From NCBI GenBank assembly GCA_963716255.1, contig OY970303.1, positions 1,632,001-1,696,000 on the forward strand: a stretch of DNA of 64,000 nucleotides, written 5' to 3'. The notes under the pieces were generated by a model, which saw nothing but the letters and a program-made list of their open reading frames with translations, was not told the origin of the DNA and searched no databases. Of this stretch, positions 9,801-18,292 are shown in pieces. The stretch comes from an uncultured Gemmatimonadales bacterium. Lineage in GTDB: Bacteria; Gemmatimonadota; Gemmatimonadetes; Longimicrobiales; Longimicrobiaceae. The stretch's first letter is position 1. Each line of letters begins with the position of its first letter. Made by a program: the position numbers and the translations under genes.

Positions 9801-10327
9801 GAACGGGGCCGTGCCGCGACCCCGTCGCGCCGCGGAACACCTGCCGCTTCCGGGTCAACTTCGCCCCCGGCGCGCTGGGAGCGCGGCGCGCGACGCTGGT
9901 CGTCGAGGACAACACCGCCGCGTCCCCACGCCGCGTGGCGCTCAGCGGGACGGGAGTGAACGCTCCGCCGCCGCGGGACACGGGAGCACCTCCCGCTCCG
10001 CGGGCCCGGAGCGTGGGGAACCCCGACCCGGACCGCGCGCTGACGCTGTGCCGGAGCGAGGGCAACCCCCGCATCTCCCTGACCTGGGGCGCGGTCTCCG
10101 ACCCGGGCGGCCCGGTGTCGTACAAGGTCACATTCGAGGAGGGGCCCACGGGCGGCGACGCGAATCCGGGCTTTCTGAACACCACCGCAACCACCGTGTC
10201 GGTGGCGGGGCTCGTCTCGGGACGCAGCCTTCGCTGGAACGTGCGCGCGATCGACGCGGCCGGCAACGAGAGCCGTCCCTCGGCGTGGCTGCACGTCACC
10301 TGTCCGGCCGCAGCCGTCATCCGCTGA
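6830..10327 (+). CDS. STAND/NB-ARC-like NTPase with TPR, one transmembrane helix, four ASH/choice-of-anchor-D Ig-like domains and an FN3-like domain
   Basis: FLGRGDE pre-motif, Walker A GPPGAGKT, Walker B LVVLDDV, GGYPL (GxP). TPR-like GDRRGVAWALHQLG. RRSRK followed by hydrophobic LVAAAVVAALGVGGVVSVL. Four '(L/V)xFG..xVG...C...C...F.P' repeats. Confidence 0.8.
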   Translation: MPSADLTAAIQAEIRGNVSGQVAVGTHILQIGSVHGGVVNVAVPEQRPVPRPRAAPVLLRPRPFPGFLGRGDEVESAVAALRSARPVQLSGPPGAGKTSLLRHLAHHAVTADFPGGVAFLSALRQGTDDLLQSLFEALFQTDAPLKPTRTELSLLLQGWQALVVLDDVELPREEVERIQNTAPGCTFLWSAPERQGWGEVRSLPLEGLSAEEARALLERELERPLDAAEQAELDALREATGGYPLPLLQSAARVREDGVSLHDVVERLRGAAAPAAAGTDAVAELPGPRRELVVLLAALGGALVLPEHAAAVAGVPGAAEELEELERRGLVQRQGERFRVLEPLAGAVRAKWDGAPSRERALAYFTAWAEQQWNAPAEILEESDVLLLLLEEAVKAGAWPEVLRLGRRVEGALALAGRWDAWKRVVEWLRQASEKAGDRRGVAWALHQLGTLALCAGDTATAQAALTQALRERESLGDREAARVTRHNLDLLAPPVPERPDREAGRVREAVRRSRKPLVAAAVVAALGVGGVVSVLSREPDPPTPPPRRQQQQQEQQQQQQTTTLPRVDLDPSVLAFGEQPVGSSSQPIVVRLINRGRDGLPIGGVAVSGSDFRIADDGCTGAAALEPGGECSLSVLFTPASSGRRDARIAVVDAAGRTVSDVPVTGSGAPAAVDPGPPPDSTVEPSDPDPPPPPPPPRLRSDRRSLAFGSQRVGGAGAERRVRVSNAGGRPARVTGVRLEGGGSFQLAGSGCQGAVLDPGEGCSVTVRFAPASPGPRTGTLVLEHAAEGGRVRVALSGAGEEAPRPRSVATAVLTPREGVDFGSREVGAPPLERRVTVNSRGSAPLAVGEVEVRGAAARDFTAAASCAGEVAPAGTCSVTVRFAPSAAGRRAAELLVRSNDPAGPQRVPLAGVGTPPRIVVEEARADARLSAERLDFGERPVGPVTSVGGLVDALAGGGRILTIRSTGGAPLRVSAVRFEGANAGDFSVGTGPCRDPVAPRNTCRFRVNFAPGALGARRATLVVEDNTAASPRRVALSGTGVNAPPPRDTGAPPAPRARSVGNPDPDRALTLCRSEGNPRISLTWGAVSDPGGPVSYKVTFEEGPTGGDANPGFLNTTATTVSVAGLVSGRSLRWNVRAIDAAGNESRPSAWLHVTCPAAAVIR

Positions 10328-10337
10328 AGGAGGAGAG

Positions 10338-10775
10338 ATGAGCGATTCCACGCAGGGGGGAGACCGCATCACCGGCACGGTCACCGGCGACGTGAGCGGG
10401 CAGGTGGCCATCGGGTCGGGGATCCGGCAGAGCTGGACGGTGGGCGTCCCGGAGCGCCCCACCGAGGACGAGCTGGCCGGCCTGCGGCAGGCGCTGGAGG
10501 AGCTGCGCGCGCAGGTCGCCGCCGCCGCGCCCACCCCCGAGGTGCAGGCGGCCGCCGCGGAGCGGGTGTCGGAGCTGGAAGCGGCGGTGATGCCGGCGGA
10601 GGGCGCCGAGCCCGACCTGACGACGATGGAGTACGTGAAGAAGTGGTTCCTCAAGAACCTCCCCGCGCTCGCCGGCTCGGTGACCAGCCTGGTGGTGCAC
10701 CCGGTGGTGGGAAAGCTGGTGACCGCCGCGGGCGACGCCGCCGTGGCCGAGTTCAACCGCCGCTTCGGCAAGTAG
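10338..10775 (+). CDS. Small protein (145 aa) with N-terminal amyloid-like motif and helical C-terminal domain
   Basis: Strong AGGAGGAG RBS 10 bp after the NTPase stop. N-terminal GDVSGQVAIG matches GNVSGQVAVG of the upstream protein. Confidence 0.85.
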   Translation: MSDSTQGGDRITGTVTGDVSGQVAIGSGIRQSWTVGVPERPTEDELAGLRQALEELRAQVAAAAPTPEVQAAAAERVSELEAAVMPAEGAEPDLTTMEYVKKWFLKNLPALAGSVTSLVVHPVVGKLVTAAGDAAVAEFNRRFGK

Positions 10776-10885
10776 GGCGCGAGGGCGGCTCCGGGAGCGC
10801 ACGTCGCGCCCGGCACGAGGGCCCCGCCGGATCGCCGGCGGGGCCCTCGCCGTGTGGCCGGCGACGCCCCCGGCCCCCCCGGCAG

Positions 10886-11180
10886 CCCCCACCCGGCTCG
10901 CTTGAGGCTCGCCACCCTCCCCCGTTCCGGGGGAGGGGAATCTCCATGCTTCGATCCCTGCCTCTCGGGTGTCGTGCTCCCCCTTTCCCCCGCTTGCGGG
11001 GGAGAGGGGGCCGGGGGGTGAGGGGGCCCGAGCGGACTCCAGCGCGATGCCCGCGTGAGGGATGCGAGCGCGAAGCGGCGAGACCCGACGGCAGTATCGT
11101 CGGGGCTCGCCTCCGTTGCAGACGGTTGTTTCGTCTGCTACGGAGCCGCAGCCCGACCCCGCGCCAGCGGGGGCACGCCC
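10886..11180 (-). repeat. Composite intergenic repeat copy 2 (modules C, B and reverse A at 11052-11180)
   Basis: CGCGTGAGGGAT...GCCCGACCCC...GGGGGCACGCCC is the reverse complement of module A. ACCCGGCTCGCTTGAGGCTCGCCACCCTCCCC is module C. Confidence 0.9.
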
Positions 11181-11296
11181 GGATCCCGCTCCTCTTCCTC
11201 CTCACACCCCGTTTGCGGCGAGACACCAGGCTGCTACGTTCAGGAACGCCGCCGCGGGAAACGTGCGGCGTGCGACCGCCAACACGCACCGGGGAC

Positions 11297-11935
11297 ATGG
11301 ATTCACAGCTGGCTCTGGAGATCGTGGGATACGTGGCGTCCGTGCTGGTCGCCGTCTCGCTGATGATGAGCTCCATCCTCAGACTGCGGCTGATCAACCT
11401 GGCCGGCTCGGCCGCGTTCACCGTGTACGGCGTGCTGATCCACGCCTACCCGGTGGCCGTGGTGAACCTGCTGATCGTGTTCATCAACCTGTACTACCTG
11501 CGGCAGATGCTGGGCTCGCGCGAGTACTTCAAGCTGCTGCGCGTGCGCCCCGACTCTGAGTACCTGGGCTACTTCCTGGACTTCTACCGGGCGGACGTGC
11601 AGCGCTTCCTCCCCGGCTTCGCCCACGTGCCGGCGGAGGGGCAGCTCACCTTCTTCGTGCTGCGCGACCTGGTGCCCGCGGGGCTGTTCGTGGGCGAGCT
11701 GCGCGGGGACGGCGCGCTCCTGGTGCTGCTGGACTTCGTCATCCCCCAGTACCGCGACTTCAAGACGGGGCGCTACCTGTTCCGGGACCAGGCGGCGTTC
11801 TTCCGCGAGCTGGGCGTCCGCGAGATCCTGAGCCACCCGGGCAGCCGGGTGCACTCGGACTACCTGCGCCGCATGGGCTTCGCCCCGGCCGCGCCCGGCG
11901 ACCCGGACGGCCTGTTGCGCCTCCCGATATCGTGA
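11297..11935 (+). CDS. YgjV-like membrane protein with soluble C-terminal domain
   Basis: GYVASVLVAVSLMMSSILRLRLINLAG...YG...AYPV..VN pattern. Stop overlaps the allB start (GTGA). Confidence 0.65.
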   Translation: MDSQLALEIVGYVASVLVAVSLMMSSILRLRLINLAGSAAFTVYGVLIHAYPVAVVNLLIVFINLYYLRQMLGSREYFKLLRVRPDSEYLGYFLDFYRADVQRFLPGFAHVPAEGQLTFFVLRDLVPAGLFVGELRGDGALLVLLDFVIPQYRDFKTGRYLFRDQAAFFRELGVREILSHPGSRVHSDYLRRMGFAPAAPGDPDGLLRLPIS

Positions 11936-13299
11936 CCCCTCCCCCCGCGCTCGTCCTCCGCTCCCGCCGCGCGGTCCTCCCGGACGGCGTCCGCCCGGCC
12001 TCCGTGCACGTGGCCGGCGGCCGCATCGCGGCGGTGGGCGGCCCCGACGACGCGCCCCACGGGGTCCCGGTGGTGGACGCGGGCGACGCCGTGCTCCTGC
12101 CGGGGCTGGTGGACACGCACGTGCACGCCAACGAGCCCGGCCGCACGGAGTGGGAGGGCTTCGCCAGCGCCACGCGCGCCGCGGCGGCCGGCGGCGTGAC
12201 CACGCTGGTGGAGATGCCGCTCAACAGCGTCCCCGCCACCACCAGCGTCGCCGGGCTGCGCGCCAAGCTGGAGGCGGCGGCGGGGCGCTGCAGCGTGGAC
12301 GTGGGTTTCTGGGGTGGGGTGGTGCCGGGCAACACGGCCGAGCTGCGCCCGCTGTGGGAGGCCGGCGTGCTGGGCTTCAAGTGCTTCCTCGCCCCCTCCG
12401 GCGTGGACGAGTTCGGCCACGTGGGCGAGGCCGAGCTGCGCCTGGCGATGCCCGTGCTGGCGGAGCTGGGCGCGCCGCTGCTGGTGCACGCCGAGCTCCC
12501 CGCCGCGCTGGAGCGCGCCGCCGCCTCCCTGGCCGGGGCCGACCGACGCGCCTACGCCACCTGGCTGCGCTCCCGCCCGCCGGAGGCGGAGACGGAGGCC
12601 GTGGAGCTGCTCGTGCGGCTGTGCCGCGAGTTCGGCACGCGCGTGCACGTGGTCCACCTTTCCTCCGCCGCGTCGCTCCCGCTGCTGCGCAGAGCGCGCG
12701 CGGAGGGGCTGCCCGTCACCGTGGAAACCTGCCCGCACTACCTGCACTTCGCCGCGGAGGACGTCGCCGACGGCGCCACCGAGCTCAAGTGCGCGCCGCC
12801 CATCCGCGGCCGCCGGGACCGCGAGGCGCTGTGGGACGCGCTGGCGGCCGGCGAGATCGACCTGGTGGCGTCCGACCACTCCCCCTGCCCGCCCGCCATG
12901 AAGCGCGGGGACACGGGCGACTGGCTGGACGCGTGGGGCGGGATCGCCTCGCTGCAGCTGGGGCTGCCGGTGGCGTGGACCGGGGCGCGGGCGCGGGGGA
13001 TGGGCCCGGAGCGGCTGGCGGGGTGGATGAGCGCGGCCCCCGCGCGGCTGGCCGGGCTGGAGGCCCGCAAGGGCGCGATCGTCCCCGGGCGCGACGCCGA
13101 CCTGGTGTTGTGGGACCCGGACGGGGAAACCCGGGTGGAGCCGGGGACGCTTCACCACCGCCACCCGCTGACCCCGTACGCGGGCGGCGTCTTTGCCGGC
13201 GCGGTGCGGGCGACGTACGTTCGTGGCACCTGCGTGTACGACCGCGGCCGCTTCCTCCCGGAGCCGGCCGGCCACCTCCTGCTGCGCGACGATCCATGA
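11932..13299 (+). CDS. allB: Allantoinase
   Basis: PGLVDTHVHANEPGRTEWEGF, GGVTTLVEMPLNS, ETCPHYL, KCAPPIR, SDHSP, WGGIASLQ motifs. Confidence 0.95.
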   Translation: MTPPPALVLRSRRAVLPDGVRPASVHVAGGRIAAVGGPDDAPHGVPVVDAGDAVLLPGLVDTHVHANEPGRTEWEGFASATRAAAAGGVTTLVEMPLNSVPATTSVAGLRAKLEAAAGRCSVDVGFWGGVVPGNTAELRPLWEAGVLGFKCFLAPSGVDEFGHVGEAELRLAMPVLAELGAPLLVHAELPAALERAAASLAGADRRAYATWLRSRPPEAETEAVELLVRLCREFGTRVHVVHLSSAASLPLLRRARAEGLPVTVETCPHYLHFAAEDVADGATELKCAPPIRGRRDREALWDALAAGEIDLVASDHSPCPPAMKRGDTGDWLDAWGGIASLQLGLPVAWTGARARGMGPERLAGWMSAAPARLAGLEARKGAIVPGRDADLVLWDPDGETRVEPGTLHHRHPLTPYAGGVFAGAVRATYVRGTCVYDRGRFLPEPAGHLLLRDDP

Positions 13300-14300
13300 C
13301 CGACTTCACGGAGCTGCCGGACCTGGCCTCCGAGCGCCTTGGCGGCGCGGTGCTGGCCGCCAGCGACGAGTTCTTCGCGCCCATGGAGGGGCTGCTGAAG
13401 CCCGGGCCCGCAGAGTGGCGGGAGAACGAGTACACTGAGCGCGGCAAGTGGATGGACGGCTGGGAGACCCGCCGCCACTCCCCCGGCCGCGACTGGGCCA
13501 TCGTCCGGCTGGGGGCGCCGGGGATCGTGCGCGGGGTGGTGGTGGACACCAGCTGGTTCCGCGGCAACTTCCCCGAAGCCTGCTCGCTGGAGGCATGCTC
13601 CGTCCGCGGCACCCCCTCCGCCGCGGAGCTGGCGGGGCCGGGGACGGAGTGGTGGGAAATCGTGCCGCGGTCGGAGCTCCAGGGCGACAGCCGGAACCGC
13701 TTCGCCGTCCGCTCCGACCGGCGGGCCACCCACCTTCGTCTCAGCATCTTCCCCGACGGCGGCGTGGCGCGCCTGCGCGCGCACGGCGACGTGGTGCCGG
13801 AGTGGACCCGCTTCGCGCGCGCGGGCGGCGAGGTGGACCTGGCGGCGCTGGAGAACGGGGGGTGGGTGGTGTCGTGCAGCGACATGTTCTTCGGCCACCG
13901 CCAGAACCTGATCCTCCCCGGGCGCTCCCTCTTCATGGGCGACGGCTGGGAGACGCGCCGGCGCCGCGGGCCGGGGCACGACTGGACCGTCGTCCGCCTG
14001 GCCGCGCCGGGCGCCCTCCACCGCGTGGAGATCGACACCGACCACTTCAAGGGCAACGCCCCGGAGCGCTGCACGCTGGAGGCGATCCACCTGCCCGGCG
14101 CGGACGCCGACGCGCTGGCCGATCCGTCCGCCCCCTGGATGCCGCTCCTCGCCGCGACCGGGCTCCAGCCCCACGCCCGCCACCGCTGGGAGGAGCTGGC
14201 CGACACCGGGCCGGTCACGCACGTGCGCCTGAGCGTGTTCCCCGACGGCGGGATCGCGCGGCTGCGGCTCTTCGGGACGCTCGCCCCCGCCCCGGCGTGA
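13296..14300 (+). CDS. alc: Allantoicase
   Basis: Duplicated MDGWETRR / MGDGWETRRRR and IFPDGGVARLR / VFPDGGIARLR allantoicase repeats. ATGA coupling to allB. Confidence 0.95.
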   Translation: MTDFTELPDLASERLGGAVLAASDEFFAPMEGLLKPGPAEWRENEYTERGKWMDGWETRRHSPGRDWAIVRLGAPGIVRGVVVDTSWFRGNFPEACSLEACSVRGTPSAAELAGPGTEWWEIVPRSELQGDSRNRFAVRSDRRATHLRLSIFPDGGVARLRAHGDVVPEWTRFARAGGEVDLAALENGGWVVSCSDMFFGHRQNLILPGRSLFMGDGWETRRRRGPGHDWTVVRLAAPGALHRVEIDTDHFKGNAPERCTLEAIHLPGADADALADPSAPWMPLLAATGLQPHARHRWEELADTGPVTHVRLSVFPDGGIARLRLFGTLAPAPA

Positions 14301-14839
14301 GCGCCCTCGGCCGGCTCAACGCCCTCCCCGCGGCCGACGCCGAGCGCGAGCTGCTCGCCTGCTGCGGCTCGCGCGAGTGGGCGCGGCGCGTGGCGGCGGC
14401 GCGCCCCTTCCCCGACGCCGCCGCGCTGCTGGACCGCGCCGACGCCGTCTGGCGCGGGCTGGGCGAGACCGACTGGCGCGAGGCCTTCCGCGGCCACCCC
14501 CGCATCGGCGAGCGCGAAGCGGAGGCCGGGCAGTCCGGGCGGGAGCGCGCCTGGTCCGCGGGCGAGCAGGCCGGGATGCGCACCGCCGCGGAGGCCACGC
14601 AGCGGGCCCTGGCCCAGGGGAACCGGGCGTACGAGGCGCGCTTCGGCTTCATCTACATCGTGTGCGCCACCGGCAGGAGCGCGGACGAGATGCTCGCCCT
14701 TCTGACGGAGCGTCTGGCGAACGACGCCGCGGACGAGATCCGCGTGGCCGCCGAGGAGCAGCGCCGCATTACCCGCCTGCGCCTGGAGAAGCTGCTCGCC
14801 GCCCCCGATGCGCCCGCTCCCGCTACGGGATCCGCGTAG
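14297..14839 (+). CDS. uraD: OHCU decarboxylase
   Basis: CCGS..W...RPF, EAFRGHPRIGE, EQAG, YEARFGFIYIVCATG, EQRRITRLRL. GTGA coupling to alc. Confidence 0.9.
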   Translation: MSALGRLNALPAADAERELLACCGSREWARRVAAARPFPDAAALLDRADAVWRGLGETDWREAFRGHPRIGEREAEAGQSGRERAWSAGEQAGMRTAAEATQRALAQGNRAYEARFGFIYIVCATGRSADEMLALLTERLANDAADEIRVAAEEQRRITRLRLEKLLAAPDAPAPATGSA

Positions 14840-14876
14840 CGTCGTCAAAGCGCCGAACGCGAGGATGCCGTGCGGT

Positions 14877-15085
14877 TCTCCCCCTTTCCCCCGCTTGCGG
14901 GGGAGAGGGGGCCGGGGGGTGAGGGGGTCCACCCTTGCGGACGCCAGCGCGATGCCCGCGTGAGGGATGCGAGCGCGAAGCGGCGAGACCCGGGGGCGGT
15001 TTCCCGGGGCTCGCCTCCGTTACGCACAGTTTTATCGTGCGTTACGGAGCCGCAGCCCGACCCCGGCGCAGCCGGGGGCACGCCC
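14877..15085 (-). repeat. Composite intergenic repeat copy 3 (reverse B plus reverse A at 14957-15085)
   Basis: Reverse complement of the copy 1 architecture, lying between uraD and uraH. Confidence 0.9.
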
Positions 15086-15135
15086 GAATCCTTCCGTTCA
15101 CCCCGATTCAACCGGACCCGGATGAGACCCCACCG

Positions 15136-15480
15136 ATGAGCGAGATCACGACGCACGTGCTGGACACCGCCCGGGGCCGCCCGGCGCAGGGGATCCGGGT
15201 GGCGCTGGAGCGGGTGGAGGAGGGATCGGCCTCCGTCCTGGCCCGCGGGCTCACGGACGCGGACGGCCGCCTCCGCGACCTTCTCCCCGACGACGGGCCG
15301 CCGCTGGAGCCCGGCACCTTCCGGCTGGTCTTCGACACGGGGCGCTACTTCGCCGGGCAGGGGGTGCAGACCTTCTACCCGGAGGTGGCGGTGGTCTTCC
15401 AGGTGCGCGACGCGGGGCAGCACCACCACGTCCCGCTGCTGCTGAGCCCCTTCGGCTACACCACCTACCGGGGGAGCTGA
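15136..15480 (+). CDS. uraH: 5-hydroxyisourate hydrolase (transthyretin-like)
   Basis: ITTHVLDTARGRPA start, HHHVPLLLSPFGYTTYRGS end. Confidence 0.95.
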   Translation: MSEITTHVLDTARGRPAQGIRVALERVEEGSASVLARGLTDADGRLRDLLPDDGPPLEPGTFRLVFDTGRYFAGQGVQTFYPEVAVVFQVRDAGQHHHVPLLLSPFGYTTYRGS

Positions 15481-16683
15481 ATGGTCGCCGTCCTGGGCGA
15501 GCTGCTGGACGTGGTGCTCCGCTGGATGCACGTGGTCGCGGGGATCATGTGGATCGGCAACTCCATGCTGTGGAACTGGCTCGACCGCAACCTGCTGCCG
15601 CCGAAACCGGGGTCCGGCGGGGAGGGGATCCAGGGCGAGATCTGGCTGCTGCACAGCGGCGGCTTCTACCTGATGCGAAAGGACCTGTCCGGCTGGGACC
15701 GCGACCGGCCGCTGCACTGGTTCAAGTGGCAGGCCTACACCACCTGGCTCACCGGCGCGGCGCTGCTGGTGGTGGTCTACTACGCCAGCGGCGGCGCGCT
15801 CCTGGTGGACCCCGCCGTCGCGGCGCTCTCGCCCGGCGCGGCGGTCGCCGTGGGCGCGGGGAGCATCGTGGCGGCGTGGCTGGCGTACGACTTCGTCCTG
15901 GGGAGGGCGATCTCGCGCATGGGGAGGATGGGGGCGGTGGCGGGGCTCGCGCTGGTGCTCGCCGCGGCGTACGCGCTCACGCACCTGCTGAGCGGGCGCG
16001 CCGCGTTCCTGCACGTGGGGGCGATGCTGGGGACGCTGATGGCGGGCAACGTGTTCCGGGTCATCATGCCGTCGCAGCGCGTGCTGGTGGCCGCCGCGGA
16101 GCGCGGCGAGCGCCCCGACCCGGCGCCCGCGAAGCGCGCCAAGGAGCGCTCCATCCACAACAACTACATGACCTTCCCGGTCATCGTGCTGATGCTGAGC
16201 AGCCACTTCCCCGCCCTGTACGCGGGGCGGCTGGCGTGGCTGGTGCTGGGGGTGCTGGTGCTCGCCGGCGCCGCAGTGCGCCACGTCCTCAACGTCCGCT
16301 TCGGCTGGCCGCGCTGGAAGCCCGCGCTGGCCGCGATCGTCGCCGCCTCGCTCGGCGCGCTCGCCCTGCTGACGGCGCGCCCCGCCCGCTCCACTCCCCC
16401 CGCCGCCACGCACGGCGAGCGCGTCACCTTCGCCCAGGCGGATGCCGTCATCCAGAAGCGCTGCGCCGTCTGCCACTCGGCGGACGCGGCGGACCGCACC
16501 TTCGGCCCCGCGCCCGCCGGCGTGGCCTTCGACACCCCGGAGCAGGTCCGCGCCCGCGCCGACCGCATCCGCGTCCGCGCCGTGGAGACCGCCACCATGC
16601 CGCCCGCCAACAAGACCTTCGTCACGCCGGAGGAGCGGGCGCTGCTGGGACGCTGGATCGACCAGGGCGCGCGTCTTGAATAG
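15481..16683 (+). CDS. puuD: Membrane-bound urate hydroxylase with C-terminal cytochrome c
   Basis: RWMHVVAGIMWIG, HSGGFY, LHWFKWQAYTTW, RSIHNNYMTFPV and heme motif CAVCH. Confidence 0.9.
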   Translation: MVAVLGELLDVVLRWMHVVAGIMWIGNSMLWNWLDRNLLPPKPGSGGEGIQGEIWLLHSGGFYLMRKDLSGWDRDRPLHWFKWQAYTTWLTGAALLVVVYYASGGALLVDPAVAALSPGAAVAVGAGSIVAAWLAYDFVLGRAISRMGRMGAVAGLALVLAAAYALTHLLSGRAAFLHVGAMLGTLMAGNVFRVIMPSQRVLVAAAERGERPDPAPAKRAKERSIHNNYMTFPVIVLMLSSHFPALYAGRLAWLVLGVLVLAGAAVRHVLNVRFGWPRWKPALAAIVAASLGALALLTARPARSTPPAATHGERVTFAQADAVIQKRCAVCHSADAADRTFGPAPAGVAFDTPEQVRARADRIRVRAVETATMPPANKTFVTPEERALLGRWIDQGARLE

Positions 16684-16734
16684 GGGAGCGGACGGGCAGA
16701 ACGAACCGGCAACCGACACCACGGAGGACCCGGG

Positions 16735-16917
16735 ATGGAGCCGCACGAGAACAAGCGCCTGGACCTGAGCAAGGCGATCAGCGCCCACGAACAGGCGGAG
16801 GCCACGCTGGTGGACCTGATCCAGGCCGCGCCGGACCCGCGCTACGAGAGGATGATGGAGCGCGTCCGCCAGAACCTGGCCGAGCTGCGCACGGACACGG
16901 TGGCCCCGCCTCCCTGA
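16735..16917 (+). CDS. Small hypothetical helical protein (60 aa)
   Basis: GGAGGA RBS upstream and GC3-biased codons. Confidence 0.55.
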   Translation: MEPHENKRLDLSKAISAHEQAEATLVDLIQAAPDPRYERMMERVRQNLAELRTDTVAPPP

Positions 16918-17004
16918 ACGTTCACCTTGCGCCGACGCCGCCGGGCGCGCAGATTGCATCTGTGCGCGTGACGCAGTTTACCCACATCCGCAATCCCGGG
17001 GGTC

Positions 17005-17709
17005 GTGATGACGGACGCCAGCAGGCCGGAAGGGGCCGCGGACGAGGAGGCAGCCGGCGTCTACGCGCGCCGCACCGGAAGGGGGACCGGCACCGGCAGG
17101 GTCAGGGAAACGGTCGCGGCGTACCTGCCGGGGGCGGTCTCGGCCGGGGTCCGTGCCTCGCTGGTCAGCCGGGTGGAGCGCTGGCTGCGGGGCTCGCTGG
17201 AGCGTATGAGCGACGACGAGGTGCTCCGTGCGGTGGAGGCCCAGTCCCCCGCCGAAACCATCGCGGAGATCCTGGTCGCCACGCCCGAGACCCGGGCGTC
17301 GGCGGACAACGACTGGGCGGAGCTGCTGCTGCGCGGCGCCGAGGCAAAGGGCCGCATCGCCGAGCTGGTGGGCGGGCTGATGTCGTCGTCCGAGGCGGCG
17401 GCGGTCCTCCGCATCAGCGTCCCCGGCGTCAAGCAGCGCATGGAGCGGCACAGGGTGCTCGCGGTGCCGCTCCCGGGCGGGCAGTGGGGTTTCCCCGCCC
17501 TCCAGTTCGCCCCCGGGGGCCACGTCCGCGCCGGGGTGCCGGAGGTGGCGAAGGCCGCCGCGAAGGTGGATCCGTGGGCGCTGCTCTCCATCCTGGTGGA
17601 CGACGCGCCGGACGGGTCGGGGGTGCTGCTGGAGCGGCTGGACGACCCCGCGGTCCTGCGCGGCGTCCTCGGCCGCCTCGCGTCCTACGGGGAGCACGCC
17701 GCGGCCTGA
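17005..17709 (+). CDS. Probable antitoxin (HTH, Xre/MbcA/ParS-like) of a RES toxin
   Basis: HTH-like MSSSEAAAVLRISVPGVKQR followed by FPALQF. Stop overlaps the RES start (TGATG). Confidence 0.7.
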   Translation: MMTDASRPEGAADEEAAGVYARRTGRGTGTGRVRETVAAYLPGAVSAGVRASLVSRVERWLRGSLERMSDDEVLRAVEAQSPAETIAEILVATPETRASADNDWAELLLRGAEAKGRIAELVGGLMSSSEAAAVLRISVPGVKQRMERHRVLAVPLPGGQWGFPALQFAPGGHVRAGVPEVAKAAAKVDPWALLSILVDDAPDGSGVLLERLDDPAVLRGVLGRLASYGEHAAA

Positions 17710-18290
17710 TGCCGATCCCCCTCCCCGACGATCCCCCGCTGGCCGAGGTCCCGCTCGGCCAGGCGCTCTGGCGCGTGCATCCCCTGGAGCTGGGGCCGCT
17801 GTGGTTCGGGCCGGGGGGCGGCCGCCCGCCGCGCGGGCGCTTCGACGCGCCGGGCGGAGAGTACGGCACCTGCTACTTCGCCGCGACGCTGGGCGTGGCC
17901 GTCCTGGAAACGCTGGTGCGGGGGCTGAAGGTGCCGGTGATCCCCCGCGCGGAGCTGGCGGCGCGCGGGGGATCGGCGGTCGCGCCGGCGATTCCGCTGC
18001 GGATGCTCCGCCTGGAGGGAAAGGGGCTGGCCAGCTTCGGGGTGGGCGCGCACGAGGTGGCCGGCGACGACTACGACGCGTGCCGCGACCTGGCACGGCG
18101 CGTCCACCATGCCATGCCGGAGGTGGACGGGATCCAGTACCGCTCGCGGTGGGACACCAGCGAGCTCTGCTGGGCGGTGTTCGACCGCGCGCGGGGACGC
18201 CTGGGCGCGACCCTGGGGACGCAGCGCCTGGACGACGCGGCGGTCGTCCGCCCGGCTCTCCTGCCGTACCGCCACGTTTCCGTCACGTAG
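17709..18290 (+). CDS. RES-domain toxin (putative NAD+ phosphorylase)
   Basis: Conserved R (GRFDAPGGEYGTCY), E (VLETL) and S (DGIQYRSR) motifs. Confidence 0.85.
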   Translation: MPIPLPDDPPLAEVPLGQALWRVHPLELGPLWFGPGGGRPPRGRFDAPGGEYGTCYFAATLGVAVLETLVRGLKVPVIPRAELAARGGSAVAPAIPLRMLRLEGKGLASFGVGAHEVAGDDYDACRDLARRVHHAMPEVDGIQYRSRWDTSELCWAVFDRARGRLGATLGTQRLDDAAVVRPALLPYRHVSVT

Positions 18291-18292
18291 CG

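Noticed and set aside
6497..10915. Very long antisense and alternate-frame ORFs (6497..10915-, 6655..10341+; likewise 43560..46862-, 54181..57843-, 35356..38709-)
   Set aside because: Shadow ORFs expected at very high GC. Translations are Arg/Gly/Pro-rich with no motifs and overlap well-supported genes.
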